DNA from: Paraphysomonas bandaiensis
Taxonomy: Eukaryota > Protista > Chrysophyceae
DNA length: 64,000 bases
Assembly: GCA_965644295.1 (NCBI GenBank)
Contig: CBFFRP010000346.1
Coordinates: 35,221 to 99,220 of the forward strand
Reading direction: 5' to 3'
The notes under the pieces are model-generated. The model ran no database searches. It worked only from the letters and a program-made list of their open reading frames with translations, and was not told the origin of the DNA. Positions 12,025 to 26,058 of the stretch are shown here, piece by piece. The position numbers were made by a program, and so were the translations under genes. The number at the start of each line of letters is the position of its first letter. Position 1 is the first letter of the stretch.

Positions 12025-12748
12025 AGTTTATAGACTTTATAGAACGGTTGTAGCGGTTAGAGCCGTTGCTACTTTAGGGAATAGCTAACAGGATCAGAAC
12101 TCAGTTACACTCAAATATCGGATATGTATATTCTACTTAATAGTGTTGCTATCAATTTTCATTCACACACTAATAAGGTATGAATAGTTTTCGAGCATAC
12201 AGCTCTAATATAGTTTAAACAATGAGCTACATACTATAACAGCAGGTGGACTGTTGGGTTGTACGCCAATTGGTAGTGTATCATATATAGACGTACTGTA
12301 GGACAATCCTCGTCCTTTTCCCTCACTGTGTTCAAAAAATTATGAAATTTGAAATTAGAACTAGTATTTGTGGGTACAAGAAGCCAACTGCCAACTTTTT
12401 CTGAAATTTTGTTGGATATTAGTGTCTTCAGCATACTCTTTACTTTTCTCTACTATAAATTATTTGTACCCACAGAATATCAGTATAAAAATAAAATACT
12501 GGAGTTTTATTCAATAACTAGGATTTCAGCAGTGGATGGGAAGAAAATATTGATTTTTTTGAATATTTTTTTATCCGGTGTTGTGTTTCTACTTTTAAAT
12601 TGCTATGCTCCTTAATTCTATGCTAGAGTTGAGCTACTCAGTGGTATTATCTTGCACTGGGGTTTAGGAAAGAGAAGTAAGCGTTCTGTATGGTATATGG
12701 TTGTGTGGGTAAGTAATTGAGAATTGGCGTGTTGTTTTCCAATTAGAT

Positions 12749-15700
12749 ATGGCTCATATGTTCGTAAATACTATTGGTGTCATGGAGGGGGGGGCGAAAA
12801 ATATGTTTCACGGGAAAACTGTTGTCGACATCGATCCTCCAGCAAACACAGATCCTTATGTTCTCGCATGTAGTTGTGATAATATGATTGGGTTTGCAAA
12901 CGGGCAGTGCCTAACTCTCTGCACCGTCCCTTGTTTTAGCGAGGAGAATGTTATTGACATTGAATTTGATAGCGATATTAGAGCAATGGCATGGCAGTCT
13001 ACCGCGAGCTCTTTGCTTGTCGCTGACAGTTCTGGTACGTTGCATCTTCTTTCATCTTCGGGACAGAAGATTTTTTCCCATAAACTAATTCCAGGTAATG
13101 TGTCTCGCCTTTGATAGCACTTAACACAACATCGTTTGACATATAATGTTCAGCGAAATCAGACAGCGAAGTTATATCAATGGGGTTTATGGAGATATCG
13201 GGTAGTTCCATGTCTCCTTCTCTTATATGCGTGATAGACAATGGCTGCGTTATTGCTGTTGATGCATTACCAATTGACTCTCTACGAGAAGCCGTTAATT
13301 CTGGGTCGGGTATCATGGAAATTATGCAGAAAATAAAGTTTTCGAAATGCATGACAACATATATAAATCCAGGAAAGGTTCTACTATATTCCTTGCCAGG
13401 TGAGGATGTGGGAGTCGGTGGTGGTTCCGTGTGTGGCGGTGTCATTCTTGACTCGCACTCTGCGGTGCATGTTGTCAGGTATGAGTCCCTCGACAGCACA
13501 GTCACCGTAAACCTTGTAGAAAGTATCAACGATGAAGTGTATAGTGACATGGCGTTAGTTCCAGTAAGCTCTTCTCGCCCCGCATCTATCGTACTTCTCG
13601 GAATATCTTGCGGGGTAACTGTGGTCAACTTGAGCTCTGGCGAAGTACTACAGCACATGACGGGGGAGGTTCCCCGCTCTCTTTTACCAGGGTGCGATTC
13701 CATTGTTCTCTTGGAGACACGAGGAGGAGACATTATATTGTCACTGTCCTCTTCAGAGCAGGAGGTTGCTTCGGTGCTCACATGCGCTCTTGTGGGCACT
13801 CGTGCAGTAGTGATAGACATTTCGAATCTTCCAGAGGAGTGTGCCCCACAGAGGACTATCGGAATGTATCCTGTGGGAAATCGTGCTTCCGACAGCTGTA
13901 GTCATCGTGTAGCGTACTGGAAGAGTAACTCGGAGGTAGCTGTGGTGGGATACTCTGAGGGGGTGTATGCGACCCTGGAAGCAATGGGCGGTGATTCTGA
14001 TGCAAATACTGAGGAGTGTGATACTGCCACGCTTCTGGGGAGACTGATGAACTCGCACATCTCATCCAACTGTGCTGTAGATCAGGTTCGAAAGAGCTTT
14101 GCTTATGTCTCTGCTGATGAAATTATGGCTCTACTGCGTTGTATACTGCTTTGCACACAGTTGCCGTTGTCAGAGATGCGCGAACTCATGGTGTCAGCTC
14201 AGGTGAGTTGCTTCCGTGTAGTTTATGCTTATTTTCATATCTTTGTGTGGGAAATAGGACTGTCTTGAGCGAATGACATTCACCGAACACCATTGCAACG
14301 AGATGCAGTGCCTACTTACATGCTGCCAAACAGCATCCGAATACGATTGGCGCGAAGATAGAGTGCAATCTTCCACTGAGGCATGCCAAGAGCATGTCGA
14401 CGAATCAAATCTGGAAAGAGACGTCAGACAAGTATCCCAATTTCGTGATCTTTTGTATGGCAACGCTAGTGTAGCGTGGGAAGATTGCGTGAAGCGAGGT
14501 CACTTACAGGCATCCAGTGCTATTTTGCATCGACATCTCGGTGATGTTCTTCCTTCTGAGCCGGATATAGCCCTGAATTTAGTTAAAAGTGATATGTGTG
14601 CACCAGAAGAAGTTGTTGATTGGGTCAAACGAGACATTGTACCAGCGCTATTATTGTGCAGCAATACAGATAGCGTGCTGCATGTATGCACTGATCTTCT
14701 CCGCCGCGCCAGTGAGTCAGAACGGACTACGTTGCGCCCATTCGCTTCTGTCACTGCGTCGCAATTGGCGGTGAGCATTTCCACGTCCCTGCTTCCTGCT
14801 GACTCTGTTGGGTCCGATTCTATTATTGTTGCAGCGGAAAGAGCGTTAGAGGTCTATGCAATGCAGTCCGCATTCTGGACGCACTGGGGAATGAAGGTGT
14901 CTTCTGAAGATGTTTCTGAGAGAGGTTTATCTGGGGTATTGTCGTCCAGATTGAAGTCCAGCCCAGAGAGAACTATATCGACTGACATTGATATTCACGT
15001 CCGTCCACTAGTGCAAAAGTATGGAGGTGACACAGACATGCTTCTATTTGAATGGGTGTGTGACACTCTGAAGTCATCTGTCGTTATGACTGCGGACGAT
15101 AGCTATGAGCATGTACCATCCAATGACAATGATGACCTCATGGAAACATTTGTGTCCGTTACTCGACTAGTGAATGTAACTTCGTCAATTCAGACACCGA
15201 ATCTGAGGGCAAGGGCGATTATCAGTATCCTACAGATGCTAGTAATTCCAAAGCGAACACAACGTGACGATGTAGATGTGGACAATGTATTTGATGACTT
15301 GTCGCGCCTTTCACAAGAGGTGTCTCACCTGGTCTCTCAGAGTATTGCAGATTCATTGACGGAAGCTTTTCGCTCCCACAAATTACGTGAACTCGTAGCG
15401 CGTTACAATATCATCGGGTTTGATCCTCGCAATGCCCGCCAGGTAAGGGAGGCCATAAGTGTTATTGTGACGAAGATCGACAGTGAATCCTCCGTGGCAG
15501 ACGCCCTGTGCTTTGCTGATGCCTATGCATCCAGTGCTGTAGATGTGAATGGCATTCTTGTCAAGGCACTCGTCCACAGAATTGTCACCAGTAATTCAAG
15601 TGGGGATGATAAACCAGGTTATATATTGAGAGACTTTTCTGGACGGGATGGGATTCTCAAGAACGCCCTGGCTCATATCCCGACGAGTCGGCTACACGTT

Positions 15701-18700
15701 GTGGTGGAAGACACTTGCGAGTACTTGCTGTCTGTTGTTGATGACTTATGCCTCAGAGAGGATGAGTCGGAGCGCAAAGTGGGATTTCTTGCGAGTCCGA
15801 CAGACGAAGAGTACTTCAGTAACTGTGTTAATGGAGCGCTTTACTTATGTAACTACTTCCTGGACAGTGTGGGAGACAAGCGCTCTTCCGTGGGTGAGAA
15901 CAGAGATAGTAAAACAGCATCGTTGACTGCACAGGCTACTATGTGGACGGAATATCAAAATATGCTGAAGCGCATTCGCAAACTGATGAGCGAATTTTCG
16001 CTCTATTTATGTCCTGCCGAGTTGCGTGACCACAGCGTGTGTGTATCGATAGCAACCAGTGTTGCTGTTGTAAAAGCCAATGAATTATTGCTGCTCCTGG
16101 ACTCTCATGTAGCGCGCAGTGCTAATGGCGGGGTTAACATGGAAGACTTTGTGAAGCACTGTACAACTATTGGAAGCGTTCGAAAGCTTTGTACTGTATT
16201 GAATATTTCTTTTGTGGGTGCATTGAATTCCATGATTCGCCATGTCCTCTCCAATGGAAATATGGTAACTAAACCTGTGTTGCTATGCCTCTGACTTCCG
16301 TATTATTAGGAGCTGGGTATGAGTATCGCCGAAGTATTGGTTACTGAACGAAAAGATATCTCCGCGATGACAAGCTGTCCCAATGTATTTCAACATAGTT
16401 TTATGGAGAAAGAGTCAAGTGTGAAGGATGGAGAATTGGTCCTCAATGCTGCGGTTATTATATGTGGGGCTGCTGCAAAGAAGGTATGGTGTAGGTACCC
16501 ATATACAGGCCTTATGATCCGCTTTGTAGGAAACTATTCAACGTCGAACTGAGCAGTATCCTCGTTCGTCGGCACTGAAAAATATTCAGCAAGTGTCATC
16601 TGTACAGTCGGATGCCGCACCCTTTGCTTTGTCAGGAGAATTACTCCGTTTGTCTGTGTTGACTTGCTCGGGCAGCTCCCTTGGTAAAACTGTCGATTTG
16701 CTTAATTCTTGTGAACTTGTTCTGGATGTGCACCAGCGGCTTGAAACTCATGTCGGCAAACCCCCTGGTGTTAACATAGCTTCTAATTTTGAAGGGAGTT
16801 CTGTTGGTTCTTCCAGCCATATCCATGGCACACAGATAGCTGCCCATAGAGGACGTACGCCTGCCACCTCAGGACGCGCCACCAACGTGAACGCGGAACA
16901 CGATAGCAGTGACTTCTCTTGTGGAAATCAAGAGTCTATCAATCAAGTCTCACTGCAACAACTCCAATCACAAATTGGTGGGACGAACTTTACCCGTGAT
17001 GGAATTTTGCTGACACCTAGTGTAATATGGGGGCCGCTTTTAAAACATATCGTTCTTGAGACACGTAGACGGGAGAATGCCACGTCATTTGGGGACGCCA
17101 GAACCGTAACTGCGACAGACGATGATGTAGATAAGTTGGTTACCATACTGCAACGATCCGAGAATCATATGTTGGCTGTGCGTGTATTGTTGTCTTCTTG
17201 GCAATGTCACACATCGAAGAAACAGGTAAGTGAATGTGTAATGCGTTTTGTCTTGTGACTCTAAGTGACTGTTAATAATTACAGTGTTTGCATGCGTCTA
17301 TGATGGCCCTTAGCCGTAAGGTTCTGAGTTACAGAGATATAGATAAAACTCTAGCAGTTGCGTGTTTGTCGACAGTGCCCTACGAAGCAATGGTTCGGGA
17401 GCTACGGAGTGCGGTTCCATCGATTCAGAGTGACTTCTCTAGACTGCGGACAGTAGCTCAGATTGGAGAACAGTTGGCCCAAATGTGGGACCAAGAGGAG
17501 CTCCTCCTCGTGTTTGAATCACTTCAGACTAATGCAAAGTGGTGGCACATCCTCTCTGCCCATGGGGTCAAGATAGACCCAAGAGCATTTCAGAGCTCTG
17601 TCCCAGCCCAACGTGAGGCATGCATCCGTGCAGTGGTCCCAGAGCTCTTGCATAAAACTCGAGGTGATATATCTCTTGCTATGGAGTACTGCAGTCAGTA
17701 CGACCTGGAGGCGCACTACGCATCTATCTGCTACATCGAGTATGTACTTCTGCTCTCACCTGCAGGCTTTCACATATCTAGATGGAGTGATGACATCAAA
17801 GCTGCATGTAGTTCAGTGGAAGAGAGTCTTTTGGTGACGTCCTTGCAGAGTATACTACCCAAGATTCATTCCTTGGACTATGAAAAGGTAGGTTGCAACT
17901 CGAGACTACAATTGTGCGACTGCGCTCACGTCACACGCAGATACGATATACGTGCACCTGGATGATGGGAATTATAAATGATGAGGACCTTGAACAGGAT
18001 AACGACACTGACCCTCTCGACGACTCCGGAATTGACTCTGCTATTGTTTGTAATGAGCATGAGAAAAATATAGCAGCGAGAATCGATCTTAAAGAGCAGT
18101 GCTCAAAGTACTTAGATATTGCCACCCTGTTAAGCAATTTAGGGGTTTCTGTTAACATGCGCAAAGTTTATCCAAACCTTGCACTGTACGAGAATGTTCC
18201 TGAAGAATACACGTACAGGCTTCCTTTTTGGAATCTTCTGCATGAGCCTTGGAGTATTCTGGAACCTTTATTGAGCGCTGACGCCGAGCTTGCTGCCAAA
18301 TTAACTCCGATATGTTCTTACTTGAATTTAGATCGCGACGAGTTCTACATCAAGAGGGCAATGAATATATACTCGAAACGCACTTCAGGCCTCACTGCTG
18401 CCATTGTGGATGGAGTTTTAGAACCCCAATTCAGAAATGTTCTGAGTGATGTGGAGGATGTGGTGACTTATATAAAGAGTCCTTTTAACAGGGTGCGCAT
18501 TTGGCGGTGGGTCTTTGATGCCGCTAAGGACATTCACTTCGATGTTGCATCAGCTGCCCTGCAAACAGCGTTAGGAGTATTTGAGGATGGTGTTACGGTG
18601 CGGTTGGTAGGATACGGAGGTGAGGACCTGAAGCGACTGGATGAATTGAAACAAGAAGTGGTCTTAGATGCAGTCAAGCACAAATGCCGTGCTGATATTT

Positions 18701-21212
18701 TGCAGCTTGATAAAGAGAAGACGAAACTCATGACTGGTCAACAGCTAGGTTGTTTTTTTGCCCCCAGGCTAATGCCAGTCCTGGGTGATGTATCTGCAAC
18801 TCTCAGAGCCCTGTTTGAGATTGCTGTTGAGGAAGCATGGATCATTCAGTTGGATCGACTGCGACGAACTCAAGATGTATTGTGTTGTTTGGACATCATG
18901 AAATCTACTCTTGTCCCAGCTGTTTGTGAGTATATGTCTCATGTAGGTAACGTTGCCATGTCAATACATGAACACCACAGTGTGCTCTACCCATCTCATG
19001 ATCAGGAAAGAAGTGTCGTAGAATCAATTAAGTCTACGACTGGTCTCCTGGCGTCATCTGCCTTGCAGAGTACTCGTCATAGCTTAATTGGAAAGCTGCT
19101 TGCAGACGCGGAAACTCATGCTGATGCAACAAATCGGTCAGTTCTTTCCTCTACCGATAAACCAACGGGGTCTTCTCAATTAGCTTCCGGTTGGGGTGCT
19201 GGTAGTTCGTCTGCATGGGGAACTGCACTTGAGTCAGGTGTATCTCCTTCCGCGGCGGAGAAGCGTCGCAGAGAGGATGTGTTTCGAGCGTTTTCTATTT
19301 CATTACTTGTCATGTCCTGCTCCGATTCGTGTCCAAGGTGAAAACTATACCAATGATTGTCAACAGAGCTAATCATTTTGTCTCTACAGAGATGTATATA
19401 TAAATCAGCTCATGATAGTGGGAAGTGGAACAGGGGCAAGGGTTCAGCGCCGTCTCACAGCGAGATCGAAGTTCCGGGCAATCCAAGCTTTGCTTTTTTT
19501 AAATAAGTCCATCCGTACTCTGTCTCTTCCAGGTGCTTTATCTGAGGAGCAGAAGCTGTGCAGCGCGATGCTTGAAGACAATTTACTTTTGATGAAGCTC
19601 AAATGGTACTTATATTGCTTGGCAGAATTACAGGAGCTTAGACTTCCTTGCTCGGAGGATACACTTGCACTGGCTGTGGGATACAGTCCGCCTGTTGGTG
19701 GTGAAGTATTACCACTTCAACCCGCCAATCCGTGCCCACTAGTAAATACATGGCTACATGATGAGGGACATGATCCAGGGGTATGTGAGCTAGCTCGGGA
19801 CGTACTGATTGCTGCAGAGTGCACAGATGATCGTATGTGCATAACCCTTTTAACACATATGCTGCAACGTGGATTTACAAGAGCCGCACTACATACTGTC
19901 ATCTGTGTCCGAAAGAATACTGTTGTGAATGCTATTTTTCGAGACGACTACCTTGGAAGTGAGATCGTACAGATGCTGCTAGGCGTGTCTGGTGATGTCG
20001 GAGATAAAATAGAGCAGGTGTGTTACCTATGGTTCTGTATTGCATTTATGATGCACGTTTTCAGATGTTAGAACTGTTTAAAGCAAAGGAGAATGTGAAT
20101 CAAGATGTGAACTGTGGGAAGGAGAATACAATTAGTGCTCCCAAGGTTTCTAGTACAAGCAGTGCAGTATACAAGCCGTCTTGCAGCTCTGGTAATGGCG
20201 TCGAAACTCTCTCGGCATCTTGCGGAAAGCGTATAATGTTGTTGAGTCTTCGCTCTCCGTGGAGCAGCGGCGCCTGGGAAGACTGTCCTGAAGATGTTGC
20301 TTTGACTGCAGAGCGTCTGCAATGTATATGGCGGCTACTCCGCAATGAGTCATTCCAGCACATGGAAAATTATGCTGAGAAACTTCAGGCCGCTTGCGTT
20401 AGACTACTGGTAAATTCTTGCAACCTGAAGCAATTTCCGGCACCATCCCCGTATCAATCTCCAGGTAGCCTCAGGGACAGTGCTGTGGAAAGTATGACTT
20501 CCGATGCAGCTTTTATGGCCGCTTGCTCATTAGTGTATCATATCCGTCGGTGTATGGAAAATACATCCACAACGCGTTCTATGGCGCTAGGTACCACACG
20601 ATTTCTTTTGGAAGAGTTTCTTGTCAAGCTTCTTCATATAGCTTCCTTTGGTATAGATAAAGAACGGTGTGATTCCTTACCTCTTACCCAGACTGAGAGT
20701 AATAGGCTTGATGTAAAGTCCTTGCTAAGACTATTATATTGTCTTTGTGAGACAATCCCAGGAAGTGATCTTCAATCTGTACTTAGCCGTTACTGTATGT
20801 TCAGGACAACATCAGAGACCTTCACTAAAACTCTCGATTTTGAATGCCATGAACTTTCTGCTACTGACATAGCCAGTTCGAGCACGATTAACAAGCAGTT
20901 CGACTCACTTTTGGCATGCATGGCTGCCTGTGGTGAGATGCTCGAGGCTGATGGGGCATACTGTAGAGTCGTGTGGCACACCATATTGTCATGGCTTGCA
21001 AGCAGGTATGTTGTCGTTTTATTTAAGATATACGAGTTCATAGTTTCTTCAGCACGCAAGCAATGAGCTATATATATCATGTTAAAAGTAATTTGTCTGA
21101 AGAGTGTAGACGGCAACTAAAACTGGCAATTGAAATATTCGGCACTAATTACTCAACGAAAAATGTGAATGGGAACAATATACTACAGGTTATTGAGCAG
21201 CTGACAGCTTGA
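12749..21212 (+). CDS. KNTC1: Kinetochore-associated protein 1 / Rough deal (RZZ complex), multi-exon
   Basis: Chain of + strand exons, >2500 aa: N-terminal beta-propeller-like region then helical solenoid. RKVLSYRDIDKTLAVACL...QIGEQLAQMW...LQTNAKWWHIL and RSKFRAIQALL resemble ROD conserved blocks. Last exon 21053-21212 inferred from a GT-AG intron. Confidence 0.72.
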
Positions 21213-21601
21213 TTGCATTGAGTTGTCGCGAGTGTTGAATCTCAATTGTGACATTATAGTCTATAATATGGTACAGTATTTGTGTTATTGTGCATGTTAT
21301 AGAGTAGGACAGGGTAATAGTTGGATAATCGAATGATTCGGGAAGTAATACTCCGAAATAATATATGTAACCACGTGACTCATTCTTAATTAGAAGTAAT
21401 TTTGAAATTGCACAATTTGAAGATTTGTTGTTCCACGTAAGATCAGGATTATACTTACAACATGTATGATGTGCAATAAAATAGTACTTAGACTGAATAT
21501 CTAAGGCATACAGCAGGGATTCTAAAAATATGACGCTAACTTGGAGTTTGTAAGAGTTAACGATCAAGTCACTCAATTGCTTAACAGTTACCTGTAGTAC
21601 G

Positions 21602-21680
21602 TAGTAGCGAATGCATTTTTATTAGCAATAGGCGTTGAAGAGTTGGAACTACTTAGCATTTCAATTTATCTAACTAGTAC
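21602..21680. repeat. Unclassified dispersed repeat, diverged short copy C
   Basis: TAGTAGCGAATGCATTTTTATTAGCAATAGGCGTTGAAGAG...CAATTTATCTAACTA aligns with the start of the 51181 copy. Confidence 0.6.
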
Positions 21681-22245
21681 GTAGTTTCTCCGAAGCTTTA
21701 ACTCTACGAAAGTCGCTTGTGCGGTGCTCGCATACCTTTTCCTCTTATACCTTAACCCTGAACAATTTCTCACATCATGTGTACTTTGTTCTGTGTTGGA
21801 CTCTAGGTTGTTACGACGTGCAGTTATTGTTATAGCTTTCTTGCTTGCACAGCGCAACCATAAGCAGTGAATAAAGCATAAACTACTCTACTCTTCTTAT
21901 GTTATCAATATGACATTGTCGTAGATGGCACTCTTAATTTCACCATGATAGGAATAATTCGAGTAATTCGACGCAACTTCTAACTCCTGCGCAGAGAAAT
22001 ATACCTATTAAAACCACAACCTACACTTCCTTGATATCATGACTCGATCTCATATAGCATTTCACCATGACGAAAACAACAGAGTTTCCACTGTTATGAC
22101 AACTGACACTCTTGCCACCACAATGTAACTCCAGGTTTCATATTTCGACAGACCACTCATGGCATGTGAGAGATTTGCCAATTGGTCTGACTCTTACCAA
22201 ACTCATGAGAAGCTCCAGGACATAATTTCAGCCACACCCGATGTT

Positions 22246-25200
22246 TCACGGCATCCTCTCATCTACAAAATTCCATGTAGAGGAGTTTTTACCATCATTC
22301 CCGACAGACCACCGAAATTCATCCTCGTCTGCAAGAGCGCGTGAATTAAACCCCGGAGGTACAGCAGAAAACCCTGGGGGAACATCTGTTGCCAATGAAT
22401 GATCTCTCTCTGTATCATCCTGGTTCATAAGATCAAAGATACCGTCTTCAATCTGAGGACACATGATATCAGTACCCCAGTAGTCGTACTGCCGCTCCAC
22501 ACAACCCAACCCATTAAGTGCATTGTTTTCAGGAGAGCATGTCCGACCGACACCCTCACCTATGAGTCCCCCAAGATTTAGACCCAAGCCAAGAGTTGCT
22601 TGATTACCACCATGGCTAATCCAACCATCCGCATCTACATTTTTTTTGTGTAAAGCTTCCAAAAAAGGGGTCGGGTCACTGTCGGTAATATCGTCAGGTC
22701 GGTCCACAATAGACTCTGGAGCAAGGACACTCTCTACCACAGGTAAATTCTGATTGTGTACCGAGCGCATTGGGCGGGCCGCAAAAGCCGGTTTGAACAC
22801 AATAATATCATCAGCATCGTCGTCATCGTCCTCAAGTTTCTCAGCAGTCTGTGCAGTATAACGAGCACTACAATCGCTACTTGATTCATTGTCCTCTTCT
22901 TCCGTAGAAAGCCCAGAGGCATTGCTCTCTGACTCTGAATGTCTGCGCCTACGGCTTGGATGAAGATCCCCGCTTGTACTGTCTCTATCACCTGTGTCTC
23001 CAGCACTAGCTGGCATTTGCTTCACAGTTTCAGAAACCCATGACTTGTCGCCGTCCTGATGAGACACAGCTGCCATCGCCGCGTCATATAAATTTGTGGA
23101 CTTCTTGTCCCCAGGCAGTGAAGAAACCACTGGGAATTCGCTAAAAGCATTTGGGTTCTTGTCAGAGGGCAGCGTCGTCGACTCATGCGACATCTTTCGC
23201 AGCGAGGACGATTCCCTGTCGCCACGTGGATGCTTTTTCGCTTCTCTACGAGACTCTCGCCGACGAGCCTTGTACTCCTCCTTAACTTTTGCCTTTCTTT
23301 CCTTTCTATTCCTCTCCCTATCCAGTGATCCCCTCTCAGGTCGACTTGCCTTGGATGGAGGAGTAGCCGCTTGATGAGACTTAGAGGACGGTGGCGGAAC
23401 TAGCGAGTGGTCTACGAAATAAGACACGTTTCTCAGACGGCGGTTAAGAACTTGTCCATCTTTTTCCGGCTGCAGGGGGGAGGCAGATAATAGAGTGGGG
23501 AGCGGAATCGAATCAAAGAATACCTGTATACACATCACACTTCCAAAGTAAATATACATCAGTTTAGCACCTCGTATTGTCTAGCTAATGGAAGATATCC
23601 CCTCAACTCTATGTGCTCTGCTAAGGGTGGCGGGACCTCCTCTACACTACTATGGTCAGAAGTGTCTTCTTTCTTATTCCAATTAGAAAGAGAGGTCTTC
23701 ATATCCGCAAGAGTTACGCGCATGCTAGAGCGTGCCCTATTCTCGGAGCGAATTAGCTCTGGAGATGCATTTTCTGGTTTGGGTAAAGCTACTGTGGCAA
23801 CCTCACCACCCTGTACAGAATAGCTATGATTCGATATACTATGGAGGAAGTTGAGATTCCCCCGACCCCAATCACAGAAAATGCTCAGCATCTGAAGTGT
23901 GGAAACTATATGAGACCTTCGAGGTCCAGTTGATCCAATAGGACATACGCACAACGAAATCCTAGCAACACAATAATCACATCACATTCATCACCATTTA
24001 ACTACACACCTGTTAATTAGACTAAACAAAAACACCAATGCCAAACTCTCGGCATTGCTACGAGTGGAAATATTCGTAGTTTCTTCATCTTGGGCTTGGC
24101 CCTGAGAATTGCGCACATTGTTGCCCCGCATCCTCCGTGACGCTTCAACAGAAGGGAAGTGGATAGAAAAAAGACACACGCTTATTATCCTTAGCAATAT
24201 TTCTCCTATGTCCGTTGATTGATTGAAAGGCATTAATCGTTCAAAGTCTTCAAAGAGGGCTGGCATCCACGAGGTCACAAGGGATGTGGTTTTGGAAAGG
24301 ATATTTGTATATTCAGTGGATGTTGCAACCCCGGCCTGAGCCTCATCACATGAATTTGAGCATGACGATATAGTCGCCGCCTCATGCTGTGCAAGAGTAA
24401 ATAAAGCTCCGTGGATGTACACAAATCGCGTCAGGAAGCCACTTATATCTGGTGTATGGACGGAGCTTCGTGACACGCGCTTCGCGTTTTTGTCGAATAC
24501 AACTTTGAGGTTATCCGTACCAGTAGAAAAAGGGTGTGAAACAAGGACACTTCGACAGTAAAAATACACGGAAGTTAACTCCATTACACCCACTGAAGGC
24601 CCACCGTTGTACGCAGTAAGGACCGCTAGCTGAGTATAATCTCGTGTCAATATGAGAGACAACTCAGAAGGACAGATTTACCTGGTTGTGTGCATTTCCA
24701 ACAGAAGGCATCACCTGTCTAGCACGCTGGTAGTACCGCCGTGCCACACTCCAATCCTTCACCTTATTATTACTATGCAGCTCCGTGTACCTATTGACAC
24801 GGTAAGTGAGTGTGTATTGACGCCAAGCTATCAGCGATACCGTGCGATATCCCCGAGGAATACCAAGCAAAAGTTGACGCTGCGAACAAGGGCCGGTATA
24901 TTACCATCACTGGTAATTGCTACATCACTACTGCATTCGTTGCTGCTTTCAACACTGTCATTCTTCGAATCCAATAGAGTATATATAGTCCTTTCCAACT
25001 GCATGCTCACGTTATTTCTATTAATAATGATAAATAATTCCAACCTTGACTAATAAATTCTCATAAAACAAAGCACTTTCGCAAAGGAATCGATTAAATG
25101 ATGTACTTAAACGTAATAAATTCTGCTTTTGCTCCTCAATTCGTATGCCCTCTTCCGTACCATTATCAATAAGTGAAGTAATACCACGAATGCGTTTTCG

Positions 25201-25462
25201 GTAATCTTCTATCTTGCGATAAAAGCAATGCTTCCATAAAGTATTGTCAACGTTTTTGGAATACGCTATTGATGGGTAATTTACAATAACTCTGACATAA
25301 CACTGCTTCATGCTACGATATCATCGGCATTAATTTGAGTGAGATGGTGATATAAGAAACTTACTGTGATTGAATGCGGCTCTTCTCATCAACAGATTCA
25401 GCACTCCTCAACTCTTTGTCGAGTGATGAAATTTTTCGTAGTAAGTCTCGTCCTTCTTCCAT
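22246..25462 (-). CDS. EST1/SMG5-6-7 family NMD/telomerase-associated protein (SMG7-like, no PIN domain recognised), multi-exon
   Basis: EST1/14-3-3-like motifs LWKHCFYRKIEDYRK, CLVFLGDIARYR, ARRYYQRA...GNAHNQLAVL, YFYCRS...HPFSTG; later EHIELRGYLPL; low-complexity C-terminal tail. Confidence 0.85.
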
Positions 25463-26058
25463 ACCTTATTTTGACGAGTCACGATTGGCTATGTCGATAG
25501 CGAGTGGTATGTACCAGAGGACATGAGGTACATTGGTACAAACAGATGTAGGAACCCATATTTAATTCAATTATATGACGGCAACAGCACAGACAACCAC
25601 GACACCCTGTTGCTAATGCCGGAACAATATCATATAAACATGAAGGTGAGTCACCTGTATTTATATTCGAGGAATAGTGTTTGATTTTGTGGCAGAAGCA
25701 TCTAATACAATCAAGCAACACCACAACACCACTGCCTACATGTTACTGTATTATACAAGTGTTGGACACAGAGGCTGTATATGTTCTGATAATTTCGTCC
25801 TCACCACCTGCAGAAATTGACCAACCACGACCAAAAAAATATCTGTTTGCATGCTGCTGTGTGTGTGGATGACGATGATTTGTCGAAGTACTACAGTGCT
25901 GCTCTTGAGTAAAAACATTGCAGGTGATGGGTGGGATGGGGCGGAGGTATATGAATTTTCGAAACCACCACCTGCAGCGTATGGTACGCAGCATAAGACT
26001 TCTAAGTCGTCAATTAGCTGGCCTCAAGAAACAGTGACCCACCTTAAAGTTCTGTACA

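Noticed and set aside
12369-12474. 11-bp inverted repeat TGTGGGTACAA / TTGTACCCACA in the Wee1-KNTC1 gap
   Set aside because: No TSD or further structure; may be a MITE relic but unsupported
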